Source: Candidatus Tectimicrobiota bacterium (GTDB lineage: Bacteria > JACPSX01). Taken from it: 34,719 bases of DNA. The notes beneath the pieces were generated by a model, which searched no databases, was not told where the DNA came from, and saw only the letters and a list, made by a program, of their open reading frames with translations. The stretch spans positions 1 to 34,719 of the forward strand of contig JACPSX010000246.1 in the NCBI GenBank assembly GCA_016193065.1. The letters run 5' to 3'. This document shows, one piece after another, positions 9,498-18,346 of this stretch. Every line of letters begins with the position of its first letter. Positions within the stretch are counted from its first letter, which is position 1. The position numbers and the translations under genes were made by a program.

Positions 9498-9635
9498 CAG
9501 GCTGCTGAAAAACCGGGTACCCGTCCCGGGTGTGCGTTGTTGGCTGCGTCGTTCGTCGCTGCGGCGTACCTAACCGCGTACGCCTCGCTCCTCTCTCCTT
9601 GCCGCCTAGCATCCGGAACGTTTTTGAGCAGCCTG
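9498..9635. mobile_element. MITE-like element (138 bp) with 16-bp terminal inverted repeats
   Basis: Left end CAGGCTGCTGAAAAAC (9498-9513); right end GTTTTTGAGCAGCCTG (9620-9635, reverse complement CAGGCTGCTCAAAAAC, 15/16 match). Internal GGCGTAC/GTACGCC hairpin at 9563-9584; no transposase. Confidence 0.8.
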
Positions 9636-9639
9636 TAGA

Positions 9640-10413
9640 TCATCTTCTAAGGACCCCTTCGTTCTCCAGAGCCCGCACCAGTTCTTCAGCAACCTTGTCC
9701 GCATCCCCTTCCAGAAAGATCCCCTTGCGGGAAAGGGGAGGAGCCACGTTGCGGATCTGCTCCACGTAGGTTCCGTTGCGGACCTCCTGGAGCTCCGCGG
9801 GTGTGGTCACCGTTACGGGCTTTTTCGCCGCAGCCAGGATTTTGGTTAAAGAGGGAAGCCGCGGAGAGTTCAGCTCACTGGTTACGGAAATTAAAACTCC
9901 GAAGGGAGCTTCCACCACCTCGTAGCAATCCTCCAGATCCCGGGTGGCGCGGATCTTCCCGTCGACAAGCTCCAGGGCCCGTACGTAGGTGATCTGGGGG
10001 ATTCCCAGACGTTCCGCCAGCCGCGGCCCGACCTGGCCCGAATAGTTGTCGGCCGACCCCTCACCCACCAGGATCAGATCAAAGGTTCCCAACTTTTCAA
10101 CGGCGCGAACCAGCAGGCCGGCCGTTCTCCCCGGATCTCCGCCGGTCCAGCTTTCGTCTACGACCAGCAAAGCCTCATCGGCCCCCATGGCCAGAGATTC
10201 CTTGATCGTCTCTTTGATCTTGGGAGTACCGATCGAGACGGCCGTTACTTTGCCCCCGTGCTTTTCCTTGAGAGTGATCGCGGCCTCCAGAGCGTTCTTG
10301 TCGAACTCGCTCAGACGATAAGGAACTCCGTTAATCACGGGTTCGCCTGTGTCCCCTTTGATCCGGATCTGATTGAGATCCGGAACCTGCTTCACGCAAA
10401 CAACAATGTTCAT
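9640..10413 (-). CDS. fixA: Electron transfer flavoprotein beta subunit (FixA/EtfB)
   Basis: MNIVVCVKQVPD, FDKNALEAA, LAMGADEA, GEGSADNYSGQVGP.LAE.LGIP and N.PRLPSL..ILAA.KKP. Confidence 0.93.
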   Translation of the reverse strand: MNIVVCVKQVPDLNQIRIKGDTGEPVINGVPYRLSEFDKNALEAAITLKEKHGGKVTAVSIGTPKIKETIKESLAMGADEALLVVDESWTGGDPGRTAGLLVRAVEKLGTFDLILVGEGSADNYSGQVGPRLAERLGIPQITYVRALELVDGKIRATRDLEDCYEVVEAPFGVLISVTSELNSPRLPSLTKILAAAKKPVTVTTPAELQEVRNGTYVEQIRNVAPPLSRKGIFLEGDADKVAEELVRALENEGVLRR

Positions 10414-10422
10414 CTCATCCCC

Positions 10423-10710
10423 CTACCCGAACCGAAAGCTGACTCCGTACCCGCCTTCGGGGTAATCCCAGGTCACCGCTTCGTGGGGACAGCCGACGCG
10501 GCAGGTGCCGCACTCCAGGCAACCATCGCAGTCGTGGACGATGTCCCCTTCCGCATTGAGCTTGAAAAGGTCCGCTGGACAAAAATAAAGACACGGTTTC
10601 TCTCGACACTTTTCCCGGCAGACCCGGGCGTCCACCAGGATATGGCGCTGGCCGCTTAGTTCGAAGACGTCTTTCCCCAAGCGCTCCGCGATGGACAGCT
10701 TCAAGCTCAT
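10423..10710 (-). CDS. fixX: FixX-like ferredoxin
   Basis: C..KPCLYFCPA, GCLECGTCRVGCP and W.YPEGGYGVSFRFG. Confidence 0.9.
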   Translation of the reverse strand: MSLKLSIAERLGKDVFELSGQRHILVDARVCREKCREKPCLYFCPADLFKLNAEGDIVHDCDGCLECGTCRVGCPHEAVTWDYPEGGYGVSFRFG

Positions 10711-11976
10711 AGGGCCCGGTATCCTCGGATGACATCCCCCAGGGCCTGGCCCAGAGGAATACGGGAGAAGAGGGAATTGCGAAAGCCCCGCAAGATCTTC
10801 CCCTTGGAGTTTTCCGTGACGCGATATAGATCCTTAAATGCCCCGGTCAGCGCCCTGGGATAGAGAGTGTAGAGCCGGGGATTGGCAAGGAAAGACGGCA
10901 CCTGCCGGTAGCTCTTGAAGTCTTTGCCGATAAAGCTCTCCTGGACGGACCGGTCGTAAGCCGAAAGGGTCTGGCGGGAAAAATCTCCCTGCTGGTGAGC
11001 CGCCAGGGCAGCCTGGCCCGCCAGAACACCGGAAGCCAGGGCGTAATCCATCCCCCGGACGGTCACCCCCAGATTCAGGCAAAACCCTGCTGCGTCCCCC
11101 ACGGTTAGAAAACCATCAGCGCTTAGAGGCGTTCCCGCGCCCGGACCCGCCTCAGGAATCAAGTGGGCCGAGTACTCGACCACGTTCCCCCCCCGCACGA
11201 GCGGGGCCACCGCAGGGTGCTCTTTAAACTCCTCGATCAGTTCGTGGATCGGCACCCCTGCTGATCCGGCGGCCTGGACTCCCACGACGACCCCCAACGA
11301 GAGGGTCTCCCGGTTTGTGTACAGGAAGCCGCCGCCCGGCATACCCCGGGTCACGGAGCCGGCAAAGAGCTGAGCCGCTCCTTCCCCTCTCTCCAACTGG
11401 AAACGCTCTTCAATGACGCCCCCGGACAGTTCGATGATCTCTTTGGCAGCCACCGCGAAGTGGGCGGGGTCATGGCGAGCTCGCAGCCCCGCCTTCTCAC
11501 TTAACAGAGAATTGACTCCATCGGCTGCGATGACCACGTTGGCTCCTATTTCATCCCCTGCAGCGCGGATCCCGCAGATCCTGCCATTTTCCCGAATGAC
11601 CCCATCGACCCGGATTTTGGGGACCACAAGGCCTCCCCATTCGNNNNNNNNNNNNNNNNNNNNNNNNNNNNNNNCTCTGGGGAGTAGAGGAACAAAACTC
11701 CGGAGCTTGCAGGGAAAGAGCCAGAGAATCGGAGCCGTCCATCAGCGTGAGGCGTTCGTGGGTTACGGACCGCTCAAAAGGAAGGTCGCCGTTCAAGAGG
11801 TCCGGGAGAAGACTGGCAACCGGTTTCAGGTACAGCCGGCCCCCCGAGACATTTTTGGCACCCGGGAAGATACCTCTTTCCAAAGCCAGGGTGTTGAGCC
11901 CTCCCCGCACGCAGACGGAGGCAGCCGCCAGGCCGGAAAGCCCACCGCCCACGACAATGACATCGAACCTCTCCAC
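10707..11976 (-). CDS. fixC: FixC-like FAD-dependent ETF:quinone oxidoreductase, one gene spanning the N gap
   Basis: N-terminal DVIVVGGGLSG...ERG..PGAKNVSGGRLY before the gap; IAADGVNS, GGGFLYTN and VGDAAGF..N.G.TVRGMD after it. The two halves differ in frame only across the estimated-length gap. Confidence 0.88.
11644..11674. other. Assembly/scaffold gap (31 N)
   Basis: Run of n characters in the sequence. Confidence 1.
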
Positions 11977-11989
11977 CCTAATCTCCTAA

Positions 11990-12118
11990 CAGGCTGCGGA
12001 AAAACCGTCCGTTCACCCTTCGACACAAGGGCGAACGGAGGATGGTTTGAAATGATTGATGATTTTCCGTTCATGCTGAGCTTGTCGAAGCATGAAAGTC
12101 ACTTTTTTAACAAATCCC
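11990..12118. mobile_element. Degenerate MITE-like element carrying a REP-type palindromic pair
   Basis: Left end CAGGCTGCGGAAAAAC matches the 9498 TIR at 15/16. Internal CCGTTCACCCTTCGACA..AGGGCGAACGG and CCGTTCATGCTGAGCTTGTCGAAGCATGA motifs; the right end (TTTTTTAACAAATCCC) is degenerate. Confidence 0.65.
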
Positions 12119-13321
12119 CTAGCTCACGGGCATGAACTCTTTACCGAGAAGCTCCTTGCCGATGATGATCCGCATGATGTTCAGAGCCCCCTCGGCACCC
12201 GCCAGATAAGAGAGGATGCCGTTGAGCCCCATCCCCAGTTCCACATCGGTGTTATAGCCGGCACCCCCGTACCACATCATGACATGCTTAAAAATGTCGA
12301 AGGCCACTTGCGGGGCCATGAGCTTGCTGATCCCCATCTGGAGGTTCAGCTCCGAGATGGTGGCATCTCCCCCTCTCTGGATTTCATCGTAGAGCCAGGC
12401 GGCCTTCAGGACGGCGGTGCGCACCATCTCCAGCATGGCGTAATCGTTGGCCAGCTCGAACTGGATCCCTTCGAACCGGGCGATGGGTTGGCCGAAGGCC
12501 TCCCGGGTCTTGATGTAGTCCATGCCCAGTTCCAGAGCCCGCTCGGCCGCTCCGATGCAGGCCGAGGCGACGAGGGTCCGGGCCAGGGAAAATCCGTCCA
12601 TGGCGTAGTTGTAGCCGCGGTTTTCCTCCCCCATGAGATAGTAGGCGGGAACCTCCACGTTCTCGTAGGTCATGCCCCCCGTGGAAAAGCCTTTCCGCCC
12701 GAGGTGGTTGTAGTGCGTGTACTTCATCCCCGGGCAATTGTAGGGGACGTACACGAAGCTGAAGCCCTTGGTCCCTTTCGAAAGGTCGGTTCGCAGTAGG
12801 GTCATATGACCGCCCCGTCCGATCTGCTCACACTCCCTGTGCCCGCTGTAGAAGGCCTTTTCCCCGTTAATGATGAACTTGTCCCCCTTGCGGACGGCCG
12901 TGGTCTTCAGGTTGGCGAGATCGGAACCTCCGCCGGGTTCGGTGGTGGCGATGCCGAGGAAATTGTCCCCCTTGGCGATGGCCGGGAGCAGCTCCTTCTT
13001 GGCCTCCTCGCTGCCGTACTTGTTGATCACGACGCTCCAGCCCGCCTCCAGGAGGTAGTAGACGGGGACGGCCATGCTCACGTCGCCGCGGGCCACTTCC
13101 ATGGCGCCCACAGCGGCCAGAACCGCGTCGCCACCCGGGCCCCCGTAGGTTTCCGGAATGGTCACTCCCAGAAGTCCCAACTCTGCCATCCCTTTGAGCA
13201 GGCTCAGGGGAATCTGTTCGTTGCGGTCGATGTCCTTGGCAAGCGGACGGATGTTCTTCTCGCTAAATTCCCGAGCCATATTCCGAAACAAGATCTGCTC
13301 ATCCGTAAGACGAAAATTCAT
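12119..13321 (-). CDS. Acyl-CoA dehydrogenase (divergent; possibly acting on an alicyclic acyl-CoA)
   Basis: IATTEPGGGSD, INGEKAF.SG, REAFGQPIARFEGIQF, WYGGAGY and AEGALNIMR. Substrate is inferred from context only. Confidence 0.88.
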   Translation of the reverse strand: MNFRLTDEQILFRNMAREFSEKNIRPLAKDIDRNEQIPLSLLKGMAELGLLGVTIPETYGGPGGDAVLAAVGAMEVARGDVSMAVPVYYLLEAGWSVVINKYGSEEAKKELLPAIAKGDNFLGIATTEPGGGSDLANLKTTAVRKGDKFIINGEKAFYSGHRECEQIGRGGHMTLLRTDLSKGTKGFSFVYVPYNCPGMKYTHYNHLGRKGFSTGGMTYENVEVPAYYLMGEENRGYNYAMDGFSLARTLVASACIGAAERALELGMDYIKTREAFGQPIARFEGIQFELANDYAMLEMVRTAVLKAAWLYDEIQRGGDATISELNLQMGISKLMAPQVAFDIFKHVMMWYGGAGYNTDVELGMGLNGILSYLAGAEGALNIMRIIIGKELLGKEFMPVS

Positions 13322-13352
13322 CAGGGAATCCTCCCGCCTTGAATTATCCCGG

Positions 13353-14312
13353 TCACTGTTTCAGCGAGGCCCCGCAGGATCCGCAGAACCGGAAGGTCTC
13401 GGGAATGCCCTTCGCCTGGCAGGACGGACAGGTTTGAGTATAAGGGCCCCAGAGAAATTCGCTGGATCCCCCCGTCGCCGCCCGCTTCCGGAGACCGATA
13501 AAATCCACCGGACGCTTTTCCACGAAGGCTCTCATCCCCTCGTACGGTTCGATGGAGCTGTAGTGCAAGGTCAACCAGTCCCGGGCATGGCCGACGGTGG
13601 CCGCCCAGGAGAGTTTTTTCCAGAAGTTCACTTGCTCCTTCGTGTAACGGGTACACTCGGGGAATTTGTTGATCAACTTTTCACAGAGGGCCGCCACGGC
13701 GCCGTCGAGCTCCTTGTAGGGGACCACTTGATTCACAAGACCCCACTCGAGAGCCTGCCGGGCTTCCACCCATTCGTTGACGAAACACATCTCCCGGGCT
13801 CGCCGATCCCCGATGAGGACCGGCAGCCACTGGGTGGCGCCGCCTGCTGGAACACTCCCGACGCTGGGGCCGATCTGGCGAATCCGGGCATGCTCGGCGG
13901 CGATGGAGAGGTCGCAGGCCAGATGCAACTCGTTGCCGCCCCCGACGACCATGCCGTTAATGCGGGCGATGGCGGGCTTGCCCAGATCCAGGAGAAGAGT
14001 GATGACCCGATCGAAATAGGTAAACCACTTCCAGTAGTTTCTCGGCCGGCGCAACATGGTGGTGGCGTATTCATTCACGTCGCCCCCGGTGCAAAAAGCC
14101 TTTTCTCCCGCCGCCGTCAGAACCAAAACGGCAATGGAGTCATCCCAGGACACGTCCAGGAGAGCCTGAGCCATTTCCTCCAGAACTTCGGTGTTCATGG
14201 CATTAAACACCTGCGGGCGGTTCACGGTAATGGTGGCCACCCAGTCCTTCTTCGTGTAGAGAATGCTGTTGAAGTGGAAGCCCTCGGCGGGCTTCGGCGA
14301 AAAATAAGCCAT
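13353..14312 (-). CDS. Crotonase-family ring-opening hydrolase (Oah/BadI-like), paralog 1, with C-terminal CxxC...CxxC
   Basis: Start reassigned to ATG 14312 (SD AAGGAGG). Colinear with 5470-6423, sharing AFCTGGDV.EY, KLINKFPECTRYTK.QVNFWK and SSEFLWGPY; ends CPSC-x11-CGSC. Confidence 0.75.
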   Translation of the reverse strand: MAYFSPKPAEGFHFNSILYTKKDWVATITVNRPQVFNAMNTEVLEEMAQALLDVSWDDSIAVLVLTAAGEKAFCTGGDVNEYATTMLRRPRNYWKWFTYFDRVITLLLDLGKPAIARINGMVVGGGNELHLACDLSIAAEHARIRQIGPSVGSVPAGGATQWLPVLIGDRRAREMCFVNEWVEARQALEWGLVNQVVPYKELDGAVAALCEKLINKFPECTRYTKEQVNFWKKLSWAATVGHARDWLTLHYSSIEPYEGMRAFVEKRPVDFIGLRKRAATGGSSEFLWGPYTQTCPSCQAKGIPETFRFCGSCGASLKQ

Positions 14313-14328
14313 TCCCCCTCCTTCGTTA

Positions 14329-14826
14329 TTATTGAGCTGGAATTTGTTTATCCACCATCCTTCGGTGGAGGATCTGTTGACCGAGCGGGAAAAATATGTG
14401 GTCCTCACTGCGGATATGACTGGTCAAAGTGGAGGTCAATGCGCTCAGGAGCTCGCTCAAACGGCCGAAATAGGGCCAGAACTGGTCCTCCACGACCCCG
14501 AGGGACAAGGCGAGTACCTTCCGGATATCCTGCAGGATCCGCCGGATCTGCTGGTGTTCAGCCAGGACAAAGCGCGTGGGACTCTCTGCGGCCCCCAAGC
14601 CCCAGTCGACGACGGGGAAAAAGTTGGTCTCCTCGCCGGACATGTGGTCTTCCAGGTCCCGGGAAAAACAGCGCAGGCCCCGGTTTAAACTCTGCCATTC
14701 GTTTTCCCGGGGTGCGTCACCCGCCAGGCCGAGTCGAACCAGCTTGGAGCGCAACTCTTCCAATGTATCCAGCAACCCGATATGTTCCGGGCAAAGCCCC
14801 GCTTTTCCAGTGCGAACCTCCGCCAT
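14329..14826 (-). CDS. Hemerythrin/HHE cation-binding domain protein
   Basis: Helical protein with EH, H...EETNFFP, LAEHQQI and HIRSEDHIFFP motifs. Confidence 0.75.
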   Translation of the reverse strand: MAEVRTGKAGLCPEHIGLLDTLEELRSKLVRLGLAGDAPRENEWQSLNRGLRCFSRDLEDHMSGEETNFFPVVDWGLGAAESPTRFVLAEHQQIRRILQDIRKVLALSLGVVEDQFWPYFGRLSELLSALTSTLTSHIRSEDHIFFPLGQQILHRRMVDKQIPAQ

Positions 14827-14853
14827 GGCTTCCCCTCCTCCCCCCAATCCTCC

Positions 14854-15096
14854 TCACCCTGCGCCCGCATCCTGGGGCCTGGTGTATATGATCTTGTACC
14901 GGCCGGGTTCCATCAGGTAGCAATCGAGACACTCATAGCCTTCCTCGGGTTCAAAAGGCTCCAGGCGCACTTCAAATCCCAAGGACTCGTAAAGCTCCAC
15001 AAGTTCGCTCAAACGAGGCTCGCAGACAGTGGTCCGGCGCTCCCAACCTTCCGCTTTCAGGACCGCGCTCTTCCCTCTTCGTTCCTGCTCCGCCAC
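14854..15096 (-). CDS. Small hypothetical protein (80 aa) with a CxxC motif
   Basis: GTG start at 15096, packed tightly between neighbours; GWERRT...EPRLSELVELYESLGFEVRLEP...CLDC...IYTRP. Confidence 0.7.
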   Translation of the reverse strand: MAEQERRGKSAVLKAEGWERRTTVCEPRLSELVELYESLGFEVRLEPFEPEEGYECLDCYLMEPGRYKIIYTRPQDAGAG

Positions 15097-15106
15097 AGCT
15101 CCCCCG

Positions 15107-15574
15107 TTACAGTTTGCGCTCCAAATGAATCGTCTTGCTTTGGGAAAGAGAGAAACCACCGCTGCTGAAGAACTTCAACAGATCCCAATCATTCCAATAC
15201 ACCCGGGTATTGATCACCTCAACGCCGGCTTTTCGCGCCACGGTCAGGAACTCCTCCATCAGGGACTGGCCAATGCCGTTTCGCCGGTACTTGGGATCAA
15301 CTCCGATTGTATCGATGGTGGCCACAGTGTCCGGGATGCCGAACTCGCCGCGGTAAATCTCCCCCATGATGAACCCGACGACCTTCCCCTCGACCTCCGC
15401 CACCAGGGAAGTGACCAGGTGACGCCGATCATCCAGGGCCAGATCGACCTTTTGCTCATAATAGTCGGGCCTTTTCTTGCCGAAAGCCTGGGCATCTATG
15501 GCCACAATCGCGTCAAAATCCCTTCTTTGGATCAGTCGAATCCGAATCTGTTCCTGCGCGAGCTTGGCTGTCAT
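15107..15574 (-). CDS. GNAT-family N-acetyltransferase
   Basis: LVAEVEGKVVGFIMG, IDTIGVDPKYRRNGIG (acetyl-CoA binding motif A) and FFSSGGF. Confidence 0.88.
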   Translation of the reverse strand: MTAKLAQEQIRIRLIQRRDFDAIVAIDAQAFGKKRPDYYEQKVDLALDDRRHLVTSLVAEVEGKVVGFIMGEIYRGEFGIPDTVATIDTIGVDPKYRRNGIGQSLMEEFLTVARKAGVEVINTRVYWNDWDLLKFFSSGGFSLSQSKTIHLERKL

Positions 15575-15601
15575 GGCATTCCTCCCCGCCCCTCCTCTCC
15601 C

Positions 15602-18037
15602 CTAGAAAAGATCGTCCAGGTCCGAGGCTCCTCCGCCCGGCATCTCCCCATGCTGCTGGAGGTATTGCTGCAAGAGTTCGCTCTCCCTCTGAGTGTACAT
15701 GGGTTCTTCTTCGAAAGTAAAGTAGCGGGCCGGGGAATTTTCCTGGAGCTTTTCGGTCAAACTTTGACGAAGATTTGGCGTTCCGGAGATCGCCAGAACG
15801 TTTTTTTCCTCATCCAGCAATTCGAACACTCCCTCCACCTCCGGTACCAGAGCCACCTGTTCCGCCGTGAACTCCAGCCAGCGGGCGGGCGGATGCGGCA
15901 GCGGGGCCAAATCCAGGCGCAGATCGCAGCGCAGGCAGCGGCTGGCCTCCGCCATGGCGGCCTTCTCGTCCAGACCCAGTTCGACGAGCGGGAAGCCGGT
16001 CAGGCGCTCGGCGAGGCTCAAAGTGGGCATTTCGGCCCGCACACGTGCTAAAAAGTCCTCTTCTCTGCCCAGGAAGGAATTTGTGTCTTCGGAATCCACT
16101 AGAGATTCGTCAATATTGCCATCGCCTCCCAAAGAACGATCAATCACCGAGGCAGCCGTCCTCCCCATGGCAATGGCTTCAATCACCGAGGCGGGCCCGC
16201 TCACCGCATCTCCTCCGGCAAACACCCTTTCCCGGTTGGTCTTCAGGGTATCCCGATGGACCTCCAGAATATCCCCCTTACCCAAAGAGACCTGGAAATG
16301 ATCGGGAATTTCAGGCCGCTGGCCGATGGCAGCAATGACCGCGTCAAACTCCCGGGTATACTCGCTGCCGGCCAGAGGTACGGGCCTGCGCCTGCCGCTT
16401 TCATCGGGCTCGCCCAGCTCCATCCGCACGAACTCCACCCGGAGGTTCCCGTTGGTAGACAGGACCGATACGGGCGCGGTCAGGAACTCCAAAGTGATTC
16501 CCTCGTGGATTGCTTCTTCCACTTCATGGGGAAAAGCCGGCATCTCAGTGCGGGAGCGCCGGTAAATCAAGGTCACTTCCCGGGTTCCCAGACGCCGGGC
16601 GGCGCGGGCTGCATCGATGGCCACGTTTCCGCCCCCGATGACTGCCACCTTTTGGCCCACAGAGACCTTTTCTCCAAGATTCACCCGGCGCAGAAATCTC
16701 ACCCCATCCATAACCTTAGGCGAATCCTGTCCGCTCACCCCGAGCTTGCTCCCCTGATGAGCCCCAACGGCAAGAAACAGAGCATCAAATCCCTCGGCAA
16801 ACAAGGCATCCAGATCTTCCACCCGGCAGCCGCTTTGAATTTTCACCCCCGCATCCACGATTTCTTGGATCTCCTTGTCCAGAACCTGACGTGGGAGCCG
16901 GTACTCGGGAATTCCCGTGCGCAGCATGCCCCCCGGCTCCGGGTAGGCCTCAAACACAGTCACATCGTGCCCTTTGCGGACCAGGTAGTAAGCTGTCGTC
17001 AGGCCTGCAGGCCCCGAGCCGATGACCCCCACCTTCTTGCCGGTGGCGGGAGCGAAGTTTGCCTTTTCCTTCCACAACCCCGTATCCCGGGAAGCCGCAA
17101 AACGCTTGAGGGAACAGATGGAAATAGGCTCATCAATTTTCCCCCGCCGGCACACAGGCTCACAGGGGTGATAACAGACATAACCCAGAACCTCGGGAAA
17201 CGGGACCTTTTCCCGGATCACAGCCACCGCATCGGGGAACTTCCCTTCGGCGATCAGGCGCACATAGCGGGGAACATCGATCCCTGCCGGGCAGGCTTCC
17301 CGGCAAGGAACCAGGGAGGTCTCCACCTTGCCGGGAACCTCGGCCACTTTGTCCAGCAAAGAGCCACTGGGACAAACCTCCACGCAGGATCCGCAAAACT
17401 TGCAGCCGGAAGCCTCCAGCGTGTCCGCAATGGGCCCCATATAGATGTGGCCATTTTCCTCCCGGGTTCCCAGGGCGCCGACGCCCCTTACATCGCGGCA
17501 AACCCGGACGCAGCGATCACAGGCAATGCACAGGTTGAAGTCGAGGTTGTAGAAGGGCTCGTCATGAACTACGGGAAGCCCCCGGTGGACATAGCGGGGG
17601 GTGTCGTTCTTGATCCCCACATAGTCCGAGGCCCGCCGGATCTCACAATCGTTAAAGATCGAACAGCAGCGTTCCTCAACGGGAATTCCGTACGAGCAGG
17701 TAGTGCGGCTGCACCCCTCCCTCTGTGGACAGGTCAGGCAGACGTGGGGATGGTTGGCGAGGATCTTGGCCAGGTTGTCCTGCCGGGCCGCGGCAATGGC
17801 CGGAGATTCCGTCCTTACCACCATCCCGGCCTGGACCTTCACATCGCAGGCCCGCACGAGTCCCGCCTCTCCTTCCACCTCCACCAAGCAGAGCTGGCAT
17901 GATCCTTCCGGCGACAGGTCCGGATGGGCGCAGAGGCTGGGGATGTACTTCCCTTCCTTCCATGCCAGCTGCAGCAGAGAGAGACCCGCAGGGGCTGTGA
18001 CTTGTTCTTGATCCAGGCTCAAGGTGACCGTTTCCAC
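15602..18037 (-). CDS. bzdV: BzdV-like NAD(P)H:ferredoxin oxidoreductase (2Fe-2S + 4Fe-4S + GltD-like FAD domain + C-terminal extension)
   Basis: GTG start at 18037 with SD AGGAGG. IPSLC..P..SCQLCLVE (2Fe-2S), HPHVCLTC, CIACDRCVRVC, CKFCGSCVEVCP, PCREACPAGID, GSGPAGL, GGGNVAID and FAGGDAVSGP; directly follows bzdM. Confidence 0.82.
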   Translation of the reverse strand: METVTLSLDQEQVTAPAGLSLLQLAWKEGKYIPSLCAHPDLSPEGSCQLCLVEVEGEAGLVRACDVKVQAGMVVRTESPAIAAARQDNLAKILANHPHVCLTCPQREGCSRTTCSYGIPVEERCCSIFNDCEIRRASDYVGIKNDTPRYVHRGLPVVHDEPFYNLDFNLCIACDRCVRVCRDVRGVGALGTREENGHIYMGPIADTLEASGCKFCGSCVEVCPSGSLLDKVAEVPGKVETSLVPCREACPAGIDVPRYVRLIAEGKFPDAVAVIREKVPFPEVLGYVCYHPCEPVCRRGKIDEPISICSLKRFAASRDTGLWKEKANFAPATGKKVGVIGSGPAGLTTAYYLVRKGHDVTVFEAYPEPGGMLRTGIPEYRLPRQVLDKEIQEIVDAGVKIQSGCRVEDLDALFAEGFDALFLAVGAHQGSKLGVSGQDSPKVMDGVRFLRRVNLGEKVSVGQKVAVIGGGNVAIDAARAARRLGTREVTLIYRRSRTEMPAFPHEVEEAIHEGITLEFLTAPVSVLSTNGNLRVEFVRMELGEPDESGRRRPVPLAGSEYTREFDAVIAAIGQRPEIPDHFQVSLGKGDILEVHRDTLKTNRERVFAGGDAVSGPASVIEAIAMGRTAASVIDRSLGGDGNIDESLVDSEDTNSFLGREEDFLARVRAEMPTLSLAERLTGFPLVELGLDEKAAMAEASRCLRCDLRLDLAPLPHPPARWLEFTAEQVALVPEVEGVFELLDEEKNVLAISGTPNLRQSLTEKLQENSPARYFTFEEEPMYTQRESELLQQYLQQHGEMPGGGASDLDDLF

Positions 18038-18047
18038 AGCGAGCCTC

Positions 18048-18329
18048 CTACCAGGAATGAGTAATGGCGCCCGGAGTGCACGCGGCCATGCAAGGGAGTA
18101 CCCCACGCCCCGTAGTCGGCTTGCAGGCAGCACAGAGGTACTTCAAAGTATTGCGGACGTCCCGACGGACCGCCGACACGTTGTCGTCGTAATCGTCCGT
18201 GATCATCTCGTAGATATGCTCGGGGCATCCATCAATGCAGCCGTGATGAGGGCAGCTCGTGCACTTATCCGTGTCGATCGTTACGAAGTACTCCCCGGAG
18301 CCGTCTTTGTAACCGTAGTTCGCAAGCAT
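18048..18329 (-). CDS. bzdM: Benzoyl-CoA reductase-associated ferredoxin (BzdM-like)
   Basis: MLANYGYKDGSGEYFVTIDTDKC..C....C...CP and LKYLCAACKP....PC...C.PGAITHSW; directly after bzdQ. Confidence 0.85.
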   Translation of the reverse strand: MLANYGYKDGSGEYFVTIDTDKCTSCPHHGCIDGCPEHIYEMITDDYDDNVSAVRRDVRNTLKYLCAACKPTTGRGVLPCMAACTPGAITHSW

Positions 18330-18346
18330 TCTCAACCCCCAAGGTT

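Noticed and set aside
11551-11976. fixC apparently split or frameshifted
   Set aside because: The frame change coincides with the 31-N gap, whose length is only an estimate.
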